DNA of 64,000 bases from Eledone cirrhosa (Eukaryota). The stretch spans positions 220,472,001 to 220,536,000 of the forward strand of contig OZ024741.1 in the NCBI GenBank assembly GCA_964016885.1. Direction: 5' to 3'. Positions 23,576 through 37,696 of the stretch are shown piece after piece (position 1 is the stretch's first letter; each line of letters opens with the position of its first letter). The notes beneath the pieces are model-generated. The model saw nothing but the letters and a program-made list of their open reading frames with translations, was not told where the DNA came from and ran no database searches. Position numbers and translations under genes: made by a program.

Positions 23576-24774
23576 TTGCATTTCAAATGACGAACTAACC
23601 AATCAGCTACACGACGTCCACTATTGTATAGAAGGACGAAAGGTAAAGTTGAATTCAGCGGGATTAAAACTCGGCTGGGGTCAATTTAGCTTTTCATACT
23701 CCCAGGTTAAATTAAATAAAGTACCAGTAATCTGCTGGGGTCCATTTAATCGACTCCCCCGCCAATATTGATGCCATTGTGCCTAGATAAGAAACTGTTA
23801 ATATCATTAGTCTTCTTTTCATTGTCTACTATCATTCTATTAATGATTGTTAATACTTGTTTTCTAGCCATTCCACTATTCCATTAACCTGTGATATTAC
23901 TCACTCTCTCTCTCTCTCCCTCTCTCTATCTCTCTCTCTCTATCTCTCTCTCCCTCTCTCTATCTCTCTCTCTCCCTCTCTCTCTCTCTGTGAGTCAGAT
24001 CACTCTTCAGCGCTACTGATAACATGTAACCCAGAACAACCTGTACATGGTCGGGTCGTCGGCAACTAAACCATCAACCCCACTAAGCTAGCTTAGTGAG
24101 GAACATGATTTTGGACACCCTGCGAGAGGAAAAAGAAAACACGTCAAAAACTCAGGAGAGTCAACGACCAACCAACATTTTTTTAATTTTTCTAGGAGGG
24201 AAGTGGAGTGAGAGACCCCTAGTCTTCATTAAGACATCTCTCTGGGAGAAGATCAAGGTAATTCAGGAGTCAACGGCCATCCAATAAACTATATATATAA
24301 ATATATAATTTCTATTTTTTGTGTGGTGCGAGAGGCGTCTACTCTCCATTAAGACATCTCTCTTGGAGAAATTCACTCTGATATAAAACCTGCGACTTCA
24401 TTTGCATCCAATGATGTACACCAGTTCTTCTTTTGGGGGTAAACGCATTTGATGTTCAGAGAGTGGGATTGGCCCCGTGCAAAGCCTTTCCTCTCTTAAA
24501 AAAGCTTCAAGGACAGGCATCGTTTGATATCTGATAACTTCTTAAGTATCAAACGATGGCATTACTCGAAATCGAGTTGCAGCCTTCATGTATGTATGTA
24601 TGTGTGTGTGTGTGTGTTTATGAAGTTGTAATGGGTTCCGTAGTGACATACATGTCTTGGGCACATTAAACCTGGCAGAGCTCATTCGTTCTCCAGGTCT
24701 GATCACAGCCGATTTCTTTCACAGGGGGAGAAAGAGTGAGACTGTGATAGAGAGAAATGTTAGCAAGTGATATG

Positions 24775-24990
24775 GAAGAAGAATCGATCTTAGAACTGGG
24801 ATCAATCCCTGGTAATATTTTTATCGACCGCGAAAGGATGAAATACAAGGTAGTTTTATTTATTGACCCCGAAAAACTGTGATAGGGAGGATGTGAGGAA
24901 GGAATATAGAGAAAGAATCGATCTCAGTACTAATATTGATCCCTGGTACTTTTTTATCGACTTCGAGAGGGTGAAAACCAGGTAGTTTGG
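24775..24990 (-). repeat. Two tandem degraded SINE-tail fragments
   Basis: AAGAATCGATCT...CCCTGGTA..TTTTTATCGAC...GGTAGTTT at ~24779 and ~24913. Confidence 0.55.
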
Positions 24991-25159
24991 ATGTATGGAT
25001 GGATGGATGTGTGTATGTGTGTGGGTATATGTATTTATGTATGGATGTGTGAATGTATGTATGTAAGTGTGAATATATGGATGTGAGTATGTATGTATAT
25101 ATATATATGTATGTATATATAAATATATGTAGTTATATATATATATATATGTATGTAGT

Positions 25160-25231
<72 letters not shown>

Positions 25232-25767
25232 ATTCAAATTAAGTTTTCATAATTAATTAGATAGATATTGATAAAAATGGAAGGGAAGTGGTAACGAAAA
25301 GCAGATAAGGCTGCATAAAAAAAGTAAAGAAAAAGATTATTGACCCTGAAAGGATGAAAAACGAAATTGCCCTCGTCAGGATTTGATCACAGAATGCAGT
25401 GAGGTGTAATAACTAGTAAAAGCCATATTGTTCTACGCTCTATCGACTTACAATTCACTGTCGATTTAAAGCAAGCAGACAATGTATGTCTAAAATTGTA
25501 TGAAAATAAAAAGAAGAAAAAATGAGTCAAATGGCGTAATTCAGAGAATAGGTTTATATTTTTTAATTTCTGTTATTTTCTATCTAAATCCATTAAAAAA
25601 CAGTTTCAATTTGGTTGAAACAAAGAAAACGAGGAAAAAATAATTTTGAAAAATGGAGGATAAAAAACGGAAAGAAAATGAAGGAAAAAAATGAAAAACG
25701 TCTGGTATTGAAAACAACAAATGATGTGTATGTGTGTGGATATGTTTGTGTGTGTGTATATATAAGT

Positions 25768-26926
25768 ATGTATGTATGGATGTGTGAATGTATGTATGTA
25801 ACTGTGAATGTATGGATGTGTGTATGTATATATATATGTATGTAAATATATATGTATATATGTATGTATATATATGTATATATGTATATATGTATATATA
25901 TGTATATATATGTATGTAGTTATATATATCTATGTATGTAGTTATATATATGTAGTTGTATTTAAATGTAGTTAGTTAAATATATGTATGTGTATGTATG
26001 TTTATGTATGTATATATGTATGCATGTGTATGTATGGATGTGTGAATGTATGTATGTAACTGTGAATGTATGGATGTGTGTATATATATATATATGTATG
26101 TATATATATATGTATATATGTATGTATATGTATGTATATATGTATATATATGTATATATATGTATGTAGTTATATATATCTATGTATGTAGTTATATATA
26201 TGTAGTTCTATTTAAATGTAGTTAGTTAAATATATGTATGTGTATGTATGTTTATGTTTGTATATATGTATGCATGTGTATGTATGTTTGTATGTAAATC
26301 TGAATGTATTGTATATATATATGTGTATGTAGTTATGTATGTAACTATGTATGTAGTCATATATGTATGTATATATGTGTGTATATATATATATATATAC
26401 GTATGTATGTAATTATGTATGTATACATATATATACGTATGTATGTAATTATGTATATATATGTATATGTGTGTATGTATATAGTTATGTATGTATGTAT
26501 GTAGTTATGTAAGTATATATATATGTACGTAGTTATGTATGTAATGTATGTATGTAACTATGTATGTATGTAGTTATGTATGTATGTATTTAGTTATGTA
26601 AGTATATATATGTATATGTATTTATGCAGTTATGTATGAGGTTATGTATGTAATGTATGTATGTATGTAGTTATGTATATATGTAGTTATGTATGTATGT
26701 AACTATGTATGTATGTATATATGTAGTTATGTATGTAGTTATGTATGTAATGTATGTATGTGGTTATGTATGTATGTAGTTATGTATGTAATGTATGTAT
26801 GTAGTTATGTATGTATGTATGTAATTATGTATGTATGTAGCTATGTATGTAGTTGTGTATGTAGTTGGGCATGTAGTTGTGTGTGTATGTATGTATGTAT
26901 GTATCAGTGTTAGTGTATGTATGTAT
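25768..26926. repeat. ~250-bp tandem duplication followed by a compound (TATG)/(TAGTTATG) array
   Basis: GGATGTGTGAATGTATGTATGTAACTGTGAATG occurs twice, and TTTAAATGTAGTTAGTTAAATATATG occurs twice 250 bp apart. Confidence 0.85.
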
Positions 26927-29900
26927 GTTCTTCTGGTTTTATAAATTCAAAAGATTTTTCCCGATAGAGAGAGAGTCGGTTTCTAACATAGACACAAGAC
27001 TCTCTCATTGGAATTTACACAACATCAACTAGGTAGATTATGTATGCATGCATGTGTAGGTAGATATGGATGTTATGTGTGGATGTGGATGTTTTGAGTT
27101 GTATGTGTGTATGTGTATATACTTTGTATCTGTACATGTGTATATGCAGTTATTAGATGCAAAGTGTTTGGAATGTTTTACATATTTTTACTATTCCATT
27201 AATGGATTGTACTTGTAATTTCCTAACTAGTTGTGTTCTTTCTGTTCCTGTGAAGCCTAGCTTCTCAAGATTTGTATTGAGGCAGTTACTAACATATCCC
27301 AGTGCCCCAATAATCGCAGGCATAAATCTGAAGGTGTAATCAGGGTGGAGTATCTGCAAAATTCTCATCAGTTCTGCATAAATATTCTCCTTTTCGCTAA
27401 TCTTTGATATTATATTGGCATCTGCTGGGCAGCTAACTTCTACTACTGTGCATGCTTTCTTTTCCCTGTCCCATATCATAATATCTGGTCTGTTATGCCT
27501 GGATTTCATTGGTCGTTTTTACTGGAACATTCCACCAGTACTCTTTCATATTATGTATATGGATGTCTTCCACATTGCTGTAGCTTTTAATGGGTTTATT
27601 ATCGGGGCTATCTTTTCTACGGATTGCATTGTACAGAGTGTTGGCCACTGCATCATGCCTCGTAGGTAAATAGTACCGCAATGACATATTTGGGCAGCTG
27701 CTGATGACATTGGTGACTTCGATGTTAATTCTGCAAAATCTGCACTTGTTATCACATCTAGGTGTTTTGCCTGCATCCCTATCTTTTTAGTGAATCAGGT
27801 ATTTCGTGTTAATTACTTGTTCTTGGATTGAAAAAGTGTATCCTTCAAAGTGGGAGCCAATATAGCGGTTGTTGGTCCAAGATAGACTACTTTCCTTATC
27901 TATATTACTCTCACTCTGGAACTTCCTGGCAACATATCCATGCATGATATTTTGCTGATAAGCATGCAGTTTTTCATCCATGGATTCACTGCGATACTGC
28001 TGAGTGACTTCCTTGGGTGTGAATCTTTTATTATCCCACAGGGAATATCTCTCGAGGAATTCCTTCCCAACTCTCATGATCTTATCTGTTTCATGCAGAT
28101 TGACTTGTTCGAGAGATGGGCTTCTACGTTTCGAGGTTCGTAGATGTTGTAGGAGGGATATGATATGACATTCAAATGCTGTCTGGACTGATGTTAGGCC
28201 TCTGCTTCCCTACTTGCGTTTCAAGTAAAGGCGGTCTATGTCACTGTTGATGTGGAGGTTTCCGGTGTTGTTTAGTATTTTTCGAGTTCTAACATCAACT
28301 GCTCGGATTTCATCTATCGTGCAATTGAGTATTCCAAACGTTGGTGTTAGGACAGGCACAGCAAATACATTGTGAGCCACTGTTTTGTTTTGCGCACAAA
28401 GTTCCGATGACCAAATCTTTCTTAATCGGGTGTAGTATTCCCTGGTTACTGTAGCCATATTCCTCCTAAGTTGTCGCACTTCCGACATCGCAGGTATGTT
28501 GATTAGGAGTTGTTCAGCACATCCCCAAGCCCCTTTCTTTCCAGCTGCTTGTTCATCTGTGATGTTATTATTTTCACAGTGATCTTAGAGGAATAGGTTC
28601 AGGTAGGCTGTATACATCTTATACATCAGGTTCTGGCATGCAATGGATCGGTAGTTTTTTGCTAAGTGGGTGTCTTTGTTCTTGGGGACCAGTAATGTTT
28701 GTGCTAATGTCAACCATTATGGTATAAGTGAATCTCTCTTAAGAACTTGTTGGTAGAGGTCAGTAAGATACCTCCGATAGAATATCAGTTTTTTGTACCA
28801 GTAGCCGACAATCATGTCTCTTCCTGGTGTTTTCTCATCTTGGAGTTTTCCTATCACAGTCTCAAGGGTACCCTCACTTATTTCGTATGTTTTTGTTGTA
28901 GTGTAGGAGCAATAGTTCTTTCTGATTTCTTTTAGCCACACTACATCTTGATTGAAATTCTTATTTTCACCCCATATTTTTCTCCAAAAGGAATCTATGT
29001 CTTTCTGGGATAGGGCCTCAGTGACACTTATTATTGTGCCCTTCATATCTCTATAGACTGATGTTTGATTTCGTCTGAATCTTTTATTAAGCACTTTTCT
29101 TTCATCTACCTTCTTCAGGTATCGGCGTTTTTCGCGAACAGCTCTCAATTCTTGTTTGAGGCTGGTCAGCTTATATTGAAGAGTTCTGGTTCTACTGTTA
29201 CCAAACATCGTGTATATTTTATTTTTCCCTCTTTGTTGGTGAGGAGAGAGGTTTTTGTGTTTGTTTGCATGTAAGGAGCATTTCACATATCCTATGATTT
29301 TTCGTATGTCAGCAATCTTTTTTTCTATTTTAGTTATATATGATGGTATTTTTGGTGGTGTTTTGTTCTTGTTAATATCTCTGCTATCACCAAGATAATG
29401 CTTCACTGTCGTTGCTAAGGCATATAAACAGGCGTTGATTTGCCAAAATGTTGGGGCTTTTATCCGTCGTAAATATTCATCCCCTATTTCGGCAATAACA
29501 CGTAATATTTCATTATTTGTTTGTTTTTTTTATTAAATATTGTTGTTTTAACACGTTCAGCAAGAGATATATATATACATGAATTAATTTCTCTCTGGAA
29601 GATTTCGTTGAGGGAAATTTTCAATTGTTTATACTTTTGATTATTATCATTATCGATAGTATTTTCCACAATAGTCCAGGTAGACTCGGATGGTACACGT
29701 GGTGTGAAATTTCTTCGATTATTATTATTATCGATAGTGTTTTGCACAGCATTCGAGGTAGACTTAGATGGTAAAAGTGGCGTCAAGGTTCTTACAGGCA
29801 TAGTTGTTTCAAGGCATTGTTCGACCTGGCTGCTAGGAGGTCTAGTAGCATGGCGACCTGTAAGCACGTGTTGTTGATCCCATATTTGTTGGGGTGGGTG

Positions 29901-30450
29901 GGGGGGGGGAACTTACAATTAATAATACTTATCTTATTTTTACGTTCAACAAACGTCGCTTGTTGGCGTAATTGTTTCGCTGTGGAGTGATTTACCTCTG
30001 GGTGTATTTCGTCCCAGTGTAGCTTCATTCTGTTCATATAGCCAGCGGGGGGGGGGGGGGGGGGGGGCATTTTATAACAATTAAATAAATCATCATAAAG
30101 TTCGCAACTCCAAGAGAAATGCGATTTATAATTTTGGTTTCTTCTGTAGCTACAACTGAATAAAGTTTGTTTATCGTTCTCGTTGTTTTTCTTCGGTACT
30201 TCCTTAATTTTTTTGTTGATGTTGTGTTCAGTCATGCTGTTTGTAACAAATCATTGTAAAATGAGTTATATATTTAGTCGGATATCTCTACGAATTCGAA
30301 TAAAAAGTGTCTTCAGTAGATATAGTTAAAAGAATATCCAGTTATTCAACATGACTGGTAGTTGTGGCATTACTGTCGGAGATAGTATTCATCTTAAATT
30401 TAATGAATAGTCTCCCACACCAAAATATGCGACTGATCGCGTTGACTGAC
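26927..30450 (-). mobile_element. Degenerate R4/Dong-like (RLE) non-LTR retrotransposon with the RT core deleted
   Basis: KTPGRDMIVGYWYKK (RT0/1), post-RT segment 28210-28488, RHDAVA, and the RLE motif NRPDIMIWDREKKACTVVEVSCP...KENIY (27153-27509). Both ends abut (TATG)n. Confidence 0.85.
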
Positions 30451-30462
30451 TATGTATGTATG

Positions 30463-30499
<37 letters not shown>

Positions 30500-30604
30500 G
30501 TAACTATGTATATGTAAAATTCCAAAAGATGTTTTCCTTGTTCTATCACTTTGGTTATCTTGTAAAGCTGTTCAAGTTATGTTTTCTACGTAATCGTCAA
30601 TATT

Positions 30605-31310
30605 TTTGTGGTAGTTGTTGTTACAGTTGTTGTTTTTGTTGAAGTTGTTGCTGTTGTTTTTGTTACAGTTTTTTCTGTTGTAGTTGTTGTTTTTATAGTT
30701 GTTGTAGCAGTTGTTTTTGCAGTAGTCGTTGCTGTCGTCATCGTTACAGTTGTTGTTGCAGTTATTGTTTTTGCATTTGTTGTTTTTTGTAGTTATTGTT
30801 TTAGTCGCTGCCATTTTTTTGTAGTAGTAGCTGTTGTAGTAGTTATCGTTGATGTACTTATAGTTGTAGCAGTTGCTATTGTAGTAGTTTTAGTAGTTAC
30901 TATTGTAGTAGTTATAGTAGTTGTTGTTGTAGTATAGTTGTTGTAGTATAGTTGTACTATCGTAGTAGTTATAGTAGTTTTCGTTGTAGTATAGTTGTTG
31001 TAGTATAGTTGTACTATTGTAGTAGTTATAGTATAGTTGTTGTAGTATAGTTGTACTATTGTAGTAGTTATAGTAGTTTTTCTTGTAGTATAGTTGTTGT
31101 AGTATAGTTGTACTATTGTAGTAGTTATAGTAGTTTTTCTTGTAGTATAGTTGTTGTAGTATAGTTGTACTATTGTAGTAGTTATAGTAGTTGTTGTTGT
31201 AGTATAGTTGTTGTAGTATAGTTGTACTATTGTAGTAGTTATAGTAGTTGTTGTTGTAGTATAGTTGTAGTATAGTTGTAGTAGTTGTTATAGTAGTTGT
31301 TACTGCTGTT
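30605..31310. repeat. (GTT/GTA)-rich tract containing a 57-bp minisatellite
   Basis: TACTATTG recurs at 31054, 31111 and 31168. Confidence 0.9.
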
Positions 31311-31460
31311 CTTTCCGCCTGTATCTTTCGTCTGTTATCGATGATGTCATTGCTGTTTTTCAATTGTTTTTCATATTATTATCAACTTTTACTTCAGTTC
31401 TTTCAGAGAGAAATGCCTGCCATTTTATCTTACTGGTATTTTCAATTATCATTCTAGCTA

Positions 31461-31577
31461 TTGTTGTTGTTGTTGTTGTTGTTCTTCTTCTTCTTCTTCT
31501 TCTTCTTCTTCTTCTTCTTCTTCTTCTTCTTCTTCTTCTTCTTCTTCTTCTTCTTCTTCTTCTTCTTCTTCTTCTTC
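31461..31577. repeat. (GTT)n(CTT)n compound microsatellite
   Basis: Direct inspection. Confidence 0.95.
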
Positions 31578-31619
31578 CCAATGAAGTATTGGGGTTCTAT
31601 AATAAAAGTGGATGCACGT

Positions 31620-31970
31620 GTCCTAGTGGTCAGTGTTGGACTTACTATTATAATTTCCTGGACTGGGTTGTGTTGTGTTCTTGAGCAGCACCCTTTCTTT
31701 CACGTTGCGTACTAGGAATAACTGGCGATTTAACCCTGCGATGGACTGGCGTCCTTTCCACGGGGAGGCTGTCTTATATTCTCACTGACTTCACGCCACG
31801 GAAACCGGGATAAGCAACGGTCTGATGAGCCTTCAGGCTCGAGACAAACATTAATCTTGTGATGGACTGATGTCTTGTCCAGGGGAGCGTCTTATACTCT
31901 GTCATTTCAGGTCCCGAAAACTGAGATAATCACCGGCATGATGAACCATCGGGTTCAAGACAAACTTTAG
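31620..31970 (+). mobile_element. Degraded SINE with a duplicated 3' part
   Basis: AACCCTGCGATGGACTGGCGTCC...GGAAACCGGGATAAGC...CTGATGAGCC...GGCTCGAGACAAAC, repeated from ~31858. Confidence 0.6.
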
Positions 31971-32129
31971 GCTTTTAGACTTTATAAAAGACAAGCCAAT
32001 GGTTAAACTGGTGCTAAGATCCTAAAGTGTAATTTCTTACATCAAATTATAATGAAGGTTTTAGATAAATATGACCACTTTAATATATATCATAATATGT
32101 ATCTATCTAGGGCGGGTAAAATTCCCGAG

Positions 32130-32560
32130 ATCCATGGACGGGTTCTCTCTAGCGGTCTCTGTCCCTCATCATCGCTGCCATATCCTGTGTCTCCAAGAGA
32201 CCAGTGTCTGTCCTTAGGGCATCAACATATGTCAACCTCGGTCTTCCTCTTCCAGTGTGTCCATGCAGGGACTCCCACAGGAGCAGTGAGTGCAGTGTCA
32301 ACTCTGGATGTCGATGAGCATGTCCAGCTAACCTCAGTCTCTTCTGTGCCACTCTCGAGCTGACATTTGGGAGGCTCCCGTACAGCTCTGAGTTCTTCAT
32401 CCTCAGTGTATACTAATTAATGTTCAGAGCCCCAGTATTCTCGTGTAGCAACCATCCACCATCTGAGTGAGTTACATGTCAGTGTCCCAGTCTCACACCC
32501 GTAAAGCACAAACTCCACTACAGTTCTGACTTTATGAGACCCAGTCTAAGACTTTATTAA
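32130..32560 (-). mobile_element. RTE-clade LINE 3' fragment
   Basis: Translation KRLRLAGHAHRHPE..LLWE..GRGRPRLTYVD (ORF 32149-32400). Confidence 0.8.
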
Positions 32561-32730
32561 TATCGGTTAAAACAGGCTTGCAAAAATTTTAAATATAGAA
32601 CTAAAAACAAACGATCTGGAATTTATTTTTACCAAAATAAAAAACGAAAAAAAATCGTTGTCTGCCAATTAAACATACATCAGCACCCCCTCCCCCCTCC
32701 CCCCTCTCGCTTTCTCCCTCTTTCTATCTC

Positions 32731-32776
<46 letters not shown>

Positions 32777-32849
32777 TCTCTTTCTCTCCATCTCTCTCTC
32801 TCTCTCCATCACTCCCTTTGTATCTGTCTCTCTATCTATATTGTTCCCT

Positions 32850-33720
32850 TCATCATTCTATAGAGGGTTGGTCCGCAGCAAGTGCGACGACGCGCTCGGA
32901 GAAACTCTAGGCGTAGAGGAGGACGAACTGGCCAGTCTGTTCGGTAAGACCTTCCGCTCGGTACTGATGGACAACTTCCAAAAGTCCCTGGCAGTGCTAC
33001 CGAGGAGCTCTACCAGTTCAAAACAAGCTCTACAGACATGGGCGCCCGGGCATGGACCCTTCGAAAAAGATCTGTCTGAGATGCGTGCGCGACGAGGAAA
33101 CTGTCGCGCACGCATTTGTACACTGCCCGGGCGTTACCGACCTGTGGGGCTATGTAGAACGACGTTTGTCGCGAGTGGGACCAATCCAGTTGACCACCGA
33201 GTCCATTGTAATGATCAAACCGCCACCCTCCTTCAAAAACGAAGCAGAGGCGGTTTTCCTATGTGTTATGGCTATGGTGAAAGAGGTTATATGGTGAACG
33301 AGGTTAAAAGGGCTGAGGTCGGACACCTTTCTCTCCGGCGAACAACTGATTCGTTTTTTCAAGTATCATTTTGGAAGAAGAATCAGGATGGAGAGAGAGG
33401 TGCTGTACCCCAGCAAATTTTATAAAAAGTGGGTGAATGTGGCAAAGATGGCCCGAGTGGTTGGGCCTTCTCTCTATGTAGGCCCGTAGGTTGAGGGAAA
33501 AGAGGAAGAGAGGAAGTGAGTACTCACTCTTGGTGCTCCTGGAGATGAGGGTTGTACATTTTTTCGGGGTGTGTACAACCCCTGTGTAACGCCTCCCCCC
33601 TATTGGGGATTTCAATTGTAATTTGTTATTTTATTAATAGTTTTATTTTCATATACCTGTATGTAAACTCCCCATTATTTGTCCCCTTATTTTGTGTCCT
33701 TGTGGCTAATAAAGAAATGT
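32850..33720 (+). mobile_element. 5'-truncated Tx1-like LINE 3' end, relative of the 47-53 kb element
   Basis: FYRGLVRSKCDDALGETLG, MDNFQKSLA and CLRCVRDEETVAHAFVHC match the ORF2 C-terminus at 47459-48100. AATAAA at ~33708. Confidence 0.9.
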
Positions 33721-33850
33721 ATCTATATTGTTCCCCGCTTAAGACTGACTGTCAGTTAATAGATGTTACGGAATGTACACTAACAACACCCTAAATGAAA
33801 ATACATGCACACATACACACATATATATATATATATATATATGCACACAT

Positions 33851-33899
<49 letters not shown>

Positions 33900-33901
<2 letters not shown>

Positions 33902-34289
33902 GGAGGTGAGTTTTATTGTAGTACAATAAAGCAATGCAGATATCGGATAAGAAGCACTCTACAGTTTGTAGGACTGGAGTATACATAATATAAGATCAAA
34001 AGATGGTTAAAGGAGTTCCATGTATTTTATTATGCGCATTTCAAAAACAAACATCATCATGCAATAATATTTGTGTTTTCATCAGATAAAACAGGAAAAC
34101 ATGATATGAAGGCTAAAGAACACTTGTGGATATGTTGATTTAAAACTGCACTATCCACAAGTGTTCTTTAGCCTTCATATCATGTTCTCCTGTTTTATCT
34201 GATGAAAACACAAATATTATTGCATGATGATGTTTGTTTTTGAAATGCGCATAATAAAATACATGGAACTCCTTTAACCATCTTTTGAT

Positions 34290-34292
<3 letters not shown>
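33900..34292 (-). mobile_element. PLE pLTR fold-back cassette: ~300-bp near-perfect palindrome with a hammerhead in each arm
   Basis: Arms 33988-34131 and 34152-34296. Bounded by (TA)n. Confidence 0.85.
34193..34260 (+). ncRNA. Type I hammerhead ribozyme (mirror copy on minus strand at ~34023-34092)
   Basis: TTTTAT-CTGATGA-AAACACAAATATTAT..GATGTTTGTTTTT-GAAA-TGCGCA-TA-ATAAAA. Palindromic stem III ATGCGCAT, AUA triplet. Confidence 0.8.
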
Positions 34293-34363
<71 letters not shown>

Positions 34364-34929
34364 GCATGCATATATTTATTTTTTTTAAATCTAATTGAGT
34401 TCTTCAAACGCAAGGTTATAATTATTGAAAGAATTAATTGACCCGCATGCATATTATTTTATTCTCTTATGTTTTGCGATGACCTCCCCTTTCCGCTTGA
34501 TGACAGTGTGAGATTTATCATTCTGAGACTGCTGGAATTTCAAATTTGGCGGTCATTCTGACACGGAAGGGCACCATCACTGAACATGGGATATCGGTAA
34601 GAAATTTTTTTTTTATATCGATGTTTGACGGGCATCCACTGATGAATTATAAGTGCCCACCTGCATATATTCCTACGGACTATGTGTAGGCTTCTACATA
34701 ACCTGAACATATTTTCCCAATTTGTAGAAAACTTATAATGGAACAATTGTTTGGAAAGGGAGATGTTCGCATGCCAGACAACAACACGACGGTAACATAG
34801 ACAACATAGAAATTAGAATAATATCTAAACATAGAAATGACCCAGCAGATAGGCAAATCAGAGAGGCGAGTGAAATAGAACTTAGAAGGCCAAGACTAAA
34901 CAGAAAGAATGAATGGAATAACAACAACA

Positions 34930-35515
34930 CCCAAACAAATAACACTGACCTAAGAGAAGTATAAATAAATAAATAAATAAATAGATAAATAAATAAATAA
35001 ATAGATACATAAATAAATAAATAAATACATACATAAGCACAATAACAACACACACATATAAACACACACTAGTAAAGATAGAATACATAGAATACATAGA
35101 ATACATAGAATACAATCACGAACACACATCAAACAAAACACTATATACACACGCAAACGAATTCGCAAAGAAGACAAAATAAAAAATAAACAAACAAACA
35201 AATAAATAAATAAATATATAGACAGACTAAACAAAAATGGCGTAGACATACAATGTAACGGGAGGAAACAATAGCACCACTTACGATGTTGCAGATGTGC
35301 AACGAAAGAACTTTGATAAACTATATATATGTGTTTGTGTCTATATTGTATCTGTATTTTTGACCGTCGGTCAGTCAATGGCAACATTCAGGACCTAATA
35401 AATTAGATTACCGATATAAAAGACACAGAAGCGAAAAACGAAAACCAACCAAACAGTGAGTGTGTTCTGTTATTAATTCTGGCAATATTACGCAAATATG
35501 ACCCTCCACAAATAT

Positions 35516-35520
<5 letters not shown>
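34930..35520 (+). mobile_element. Family D PLE 3' UTR/pLTR (diverged)
   Basis: Shares ATGGCGTAG, ACGAAAGAACTTTGA and the terminus CCCTCC..AA.TATAACAA(TA)n with 57960-58352. Confidence 0.65.
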
Positions 35521-35587
<67 letters not shown>

Positions 35588-35695
35588 GCGTGTATATATA
35601 TATAGTGTGAAACTAAAAACCATATCATTTGTACTGCCTCTCTGTTTTCTGTTCATATAATAAATGTAGAAGGTGAGTAAACTATGCATATATCA

Positions 35696-35841
35696 CATAA
35701 GTATCAATCAACAGTTGGTAGAACTGGAGTATATAAAATAAAGAAGAAATTAAAAGATGGTTAAAAGAGTTCCATATATTTTATTATACGCATTTCGAAT
35801 ACAAAATCATCCTAAGACAAAAATTGTGTTCTCATCAGATA
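35696..35841 (-). mobile_element. Relative of the 33900 cassette, with a hammerhead motif
   Basis: Minus strand CTGATGA-GAACACAA...TTGTATTC-GAAA-TGCGTA-TA-ATAAAATA (35838-35777). Confidence 0.7.
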
Positions 35842-35909
35842 TATATCTACAAATTTATATATCTACAAATATATATATATATATATGTATATATGTATAT
35901 GTATATATG

Positions 35910-36190
<281 letters not shown>

Positions 36191-36350
36191 TTCTACCTGG
36201 AGTTGCGACCGATAGATAGTATTAGCAATTGGAAAGACCAACGGAAACATTGTTCCCTCGGTCCGATTTGACGAAAGTCGATCGTTCCTTTTATATATAT
36301 ATTTGTATATATATATATATATATATAGAAATATATATATATATATATCT

Positions 36351-36397
<47 letters not shown>

Positions 36398-36436
36398 AAA
36401 TATATATATTTAATTTTGGATATATATATATATATA

Positions 36437-37696
36437 TATCCAAAATTAAATTAAGGGTTATCATGTCTGAGAGACATGCGCCATATCCACTGTAGAATAT
36501 GCTCAAAGATTCCAATGAATAGATCCGAGCATTTCTTATCAACTATAAATAGATTGACATATATATATAAAATAAACATATGGAACAATCACAGGGAATA
36601 ATTTGTAAAGAATGTAAGCACACATAGCTAGGTAGGTAACTAATTAAATTTTAATTAGAACTTTAAATATAGATACCTTTTAAAATGATTAATCTCCTTT
36701 GTATATATTTCTTTAAGTAAAAAATATATTTCACCAATTAATCAGTAAATCACAGTAGTCATATCCTGGATGGTCACCAACGGAGAAGAAAATAACTTTC
36801 TGCGTTTACAAAGCAAATGCAAATCTGTGAATGACTTGAACCACGTTTGCATTTTTAAAAAATACACACATCGCACAGCGTCATCCCAGTGACGTGAATA
36901 GGACTATCGAGAGCTAGAAACAGCAGCCGAGTCCATTCAACTGAGCTAGCTCCACAATTAAGGGGCCGTATATATATCCAAAATTAAATAAAGGTTTGTC
37001 ATGTCTGAGAGACATGCGCCATATCCACTGTAGAATAAGCTCAAAGATTCCAATGAATAGATCCGAGCATTTCATATCAACTATAAATAGATTCACATAT
37101 ATATATATCACATAAACATATGGAACAATCACAAGGAATAATTTGTAAAGAATGTAAGCACACATAGCTAGGTAGGTAACCAATTAAAGTTTAACTAGAA
37201 CTTCAAATATAGATACCTTTTAAAATGATTAATCACCTTTGAATATATTTCTTTAAGTAAAAAATATATTTCACCAATTAATCAGTAAATCACAGTAGTC
37301 AAATACTGGATGGCCACCAAAGGAGAAGAAAATAACACAGTTGAATTGACTCGGCTGCTGTTTCTAGCTGTCGATAGTCCTATTCACGCCACTGGGGTGA
37401 CGCTGTGCGATGTGTGTATTTTTTTAAAATGCAAACGTGCTTCAAGTCATTCACAGATTTGCATTTGCTTTGTAAACGCAGATAGTTATTTTCTTCTCCT
37501 TTGGTAACCATCCAGGTTTTGACTACTGTGATTTACTGAATAATTGGTGAAATAAATTTTTTACTTAAAGAAATATATACAAAGAAGAGTAATCATTTTA
37601 AAAGGTATCTATATTTGAAGTCTAGTTAAACTTTAATTGGTTACCTACCTAGCTATGTGTGCTTACATTCTTTACAAAGTATTCCCTGTGATTGTT

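Noticed and set aside
30572-31715. Asn/Tyr-rich, poly-Arg, poly-Leu and poly-Phe ORFs
   Set aside because: Derived from the 57-bp minisatellite and (GTT)/(CTT) repeats.
31815-31850. CTGATGAGCC-TTCA-GGCTCGAGAC as a hammerhead
   Set aside because: Lacks GAAA and a stem I/III partner. It corresponds to a SINE 3' hairpin.
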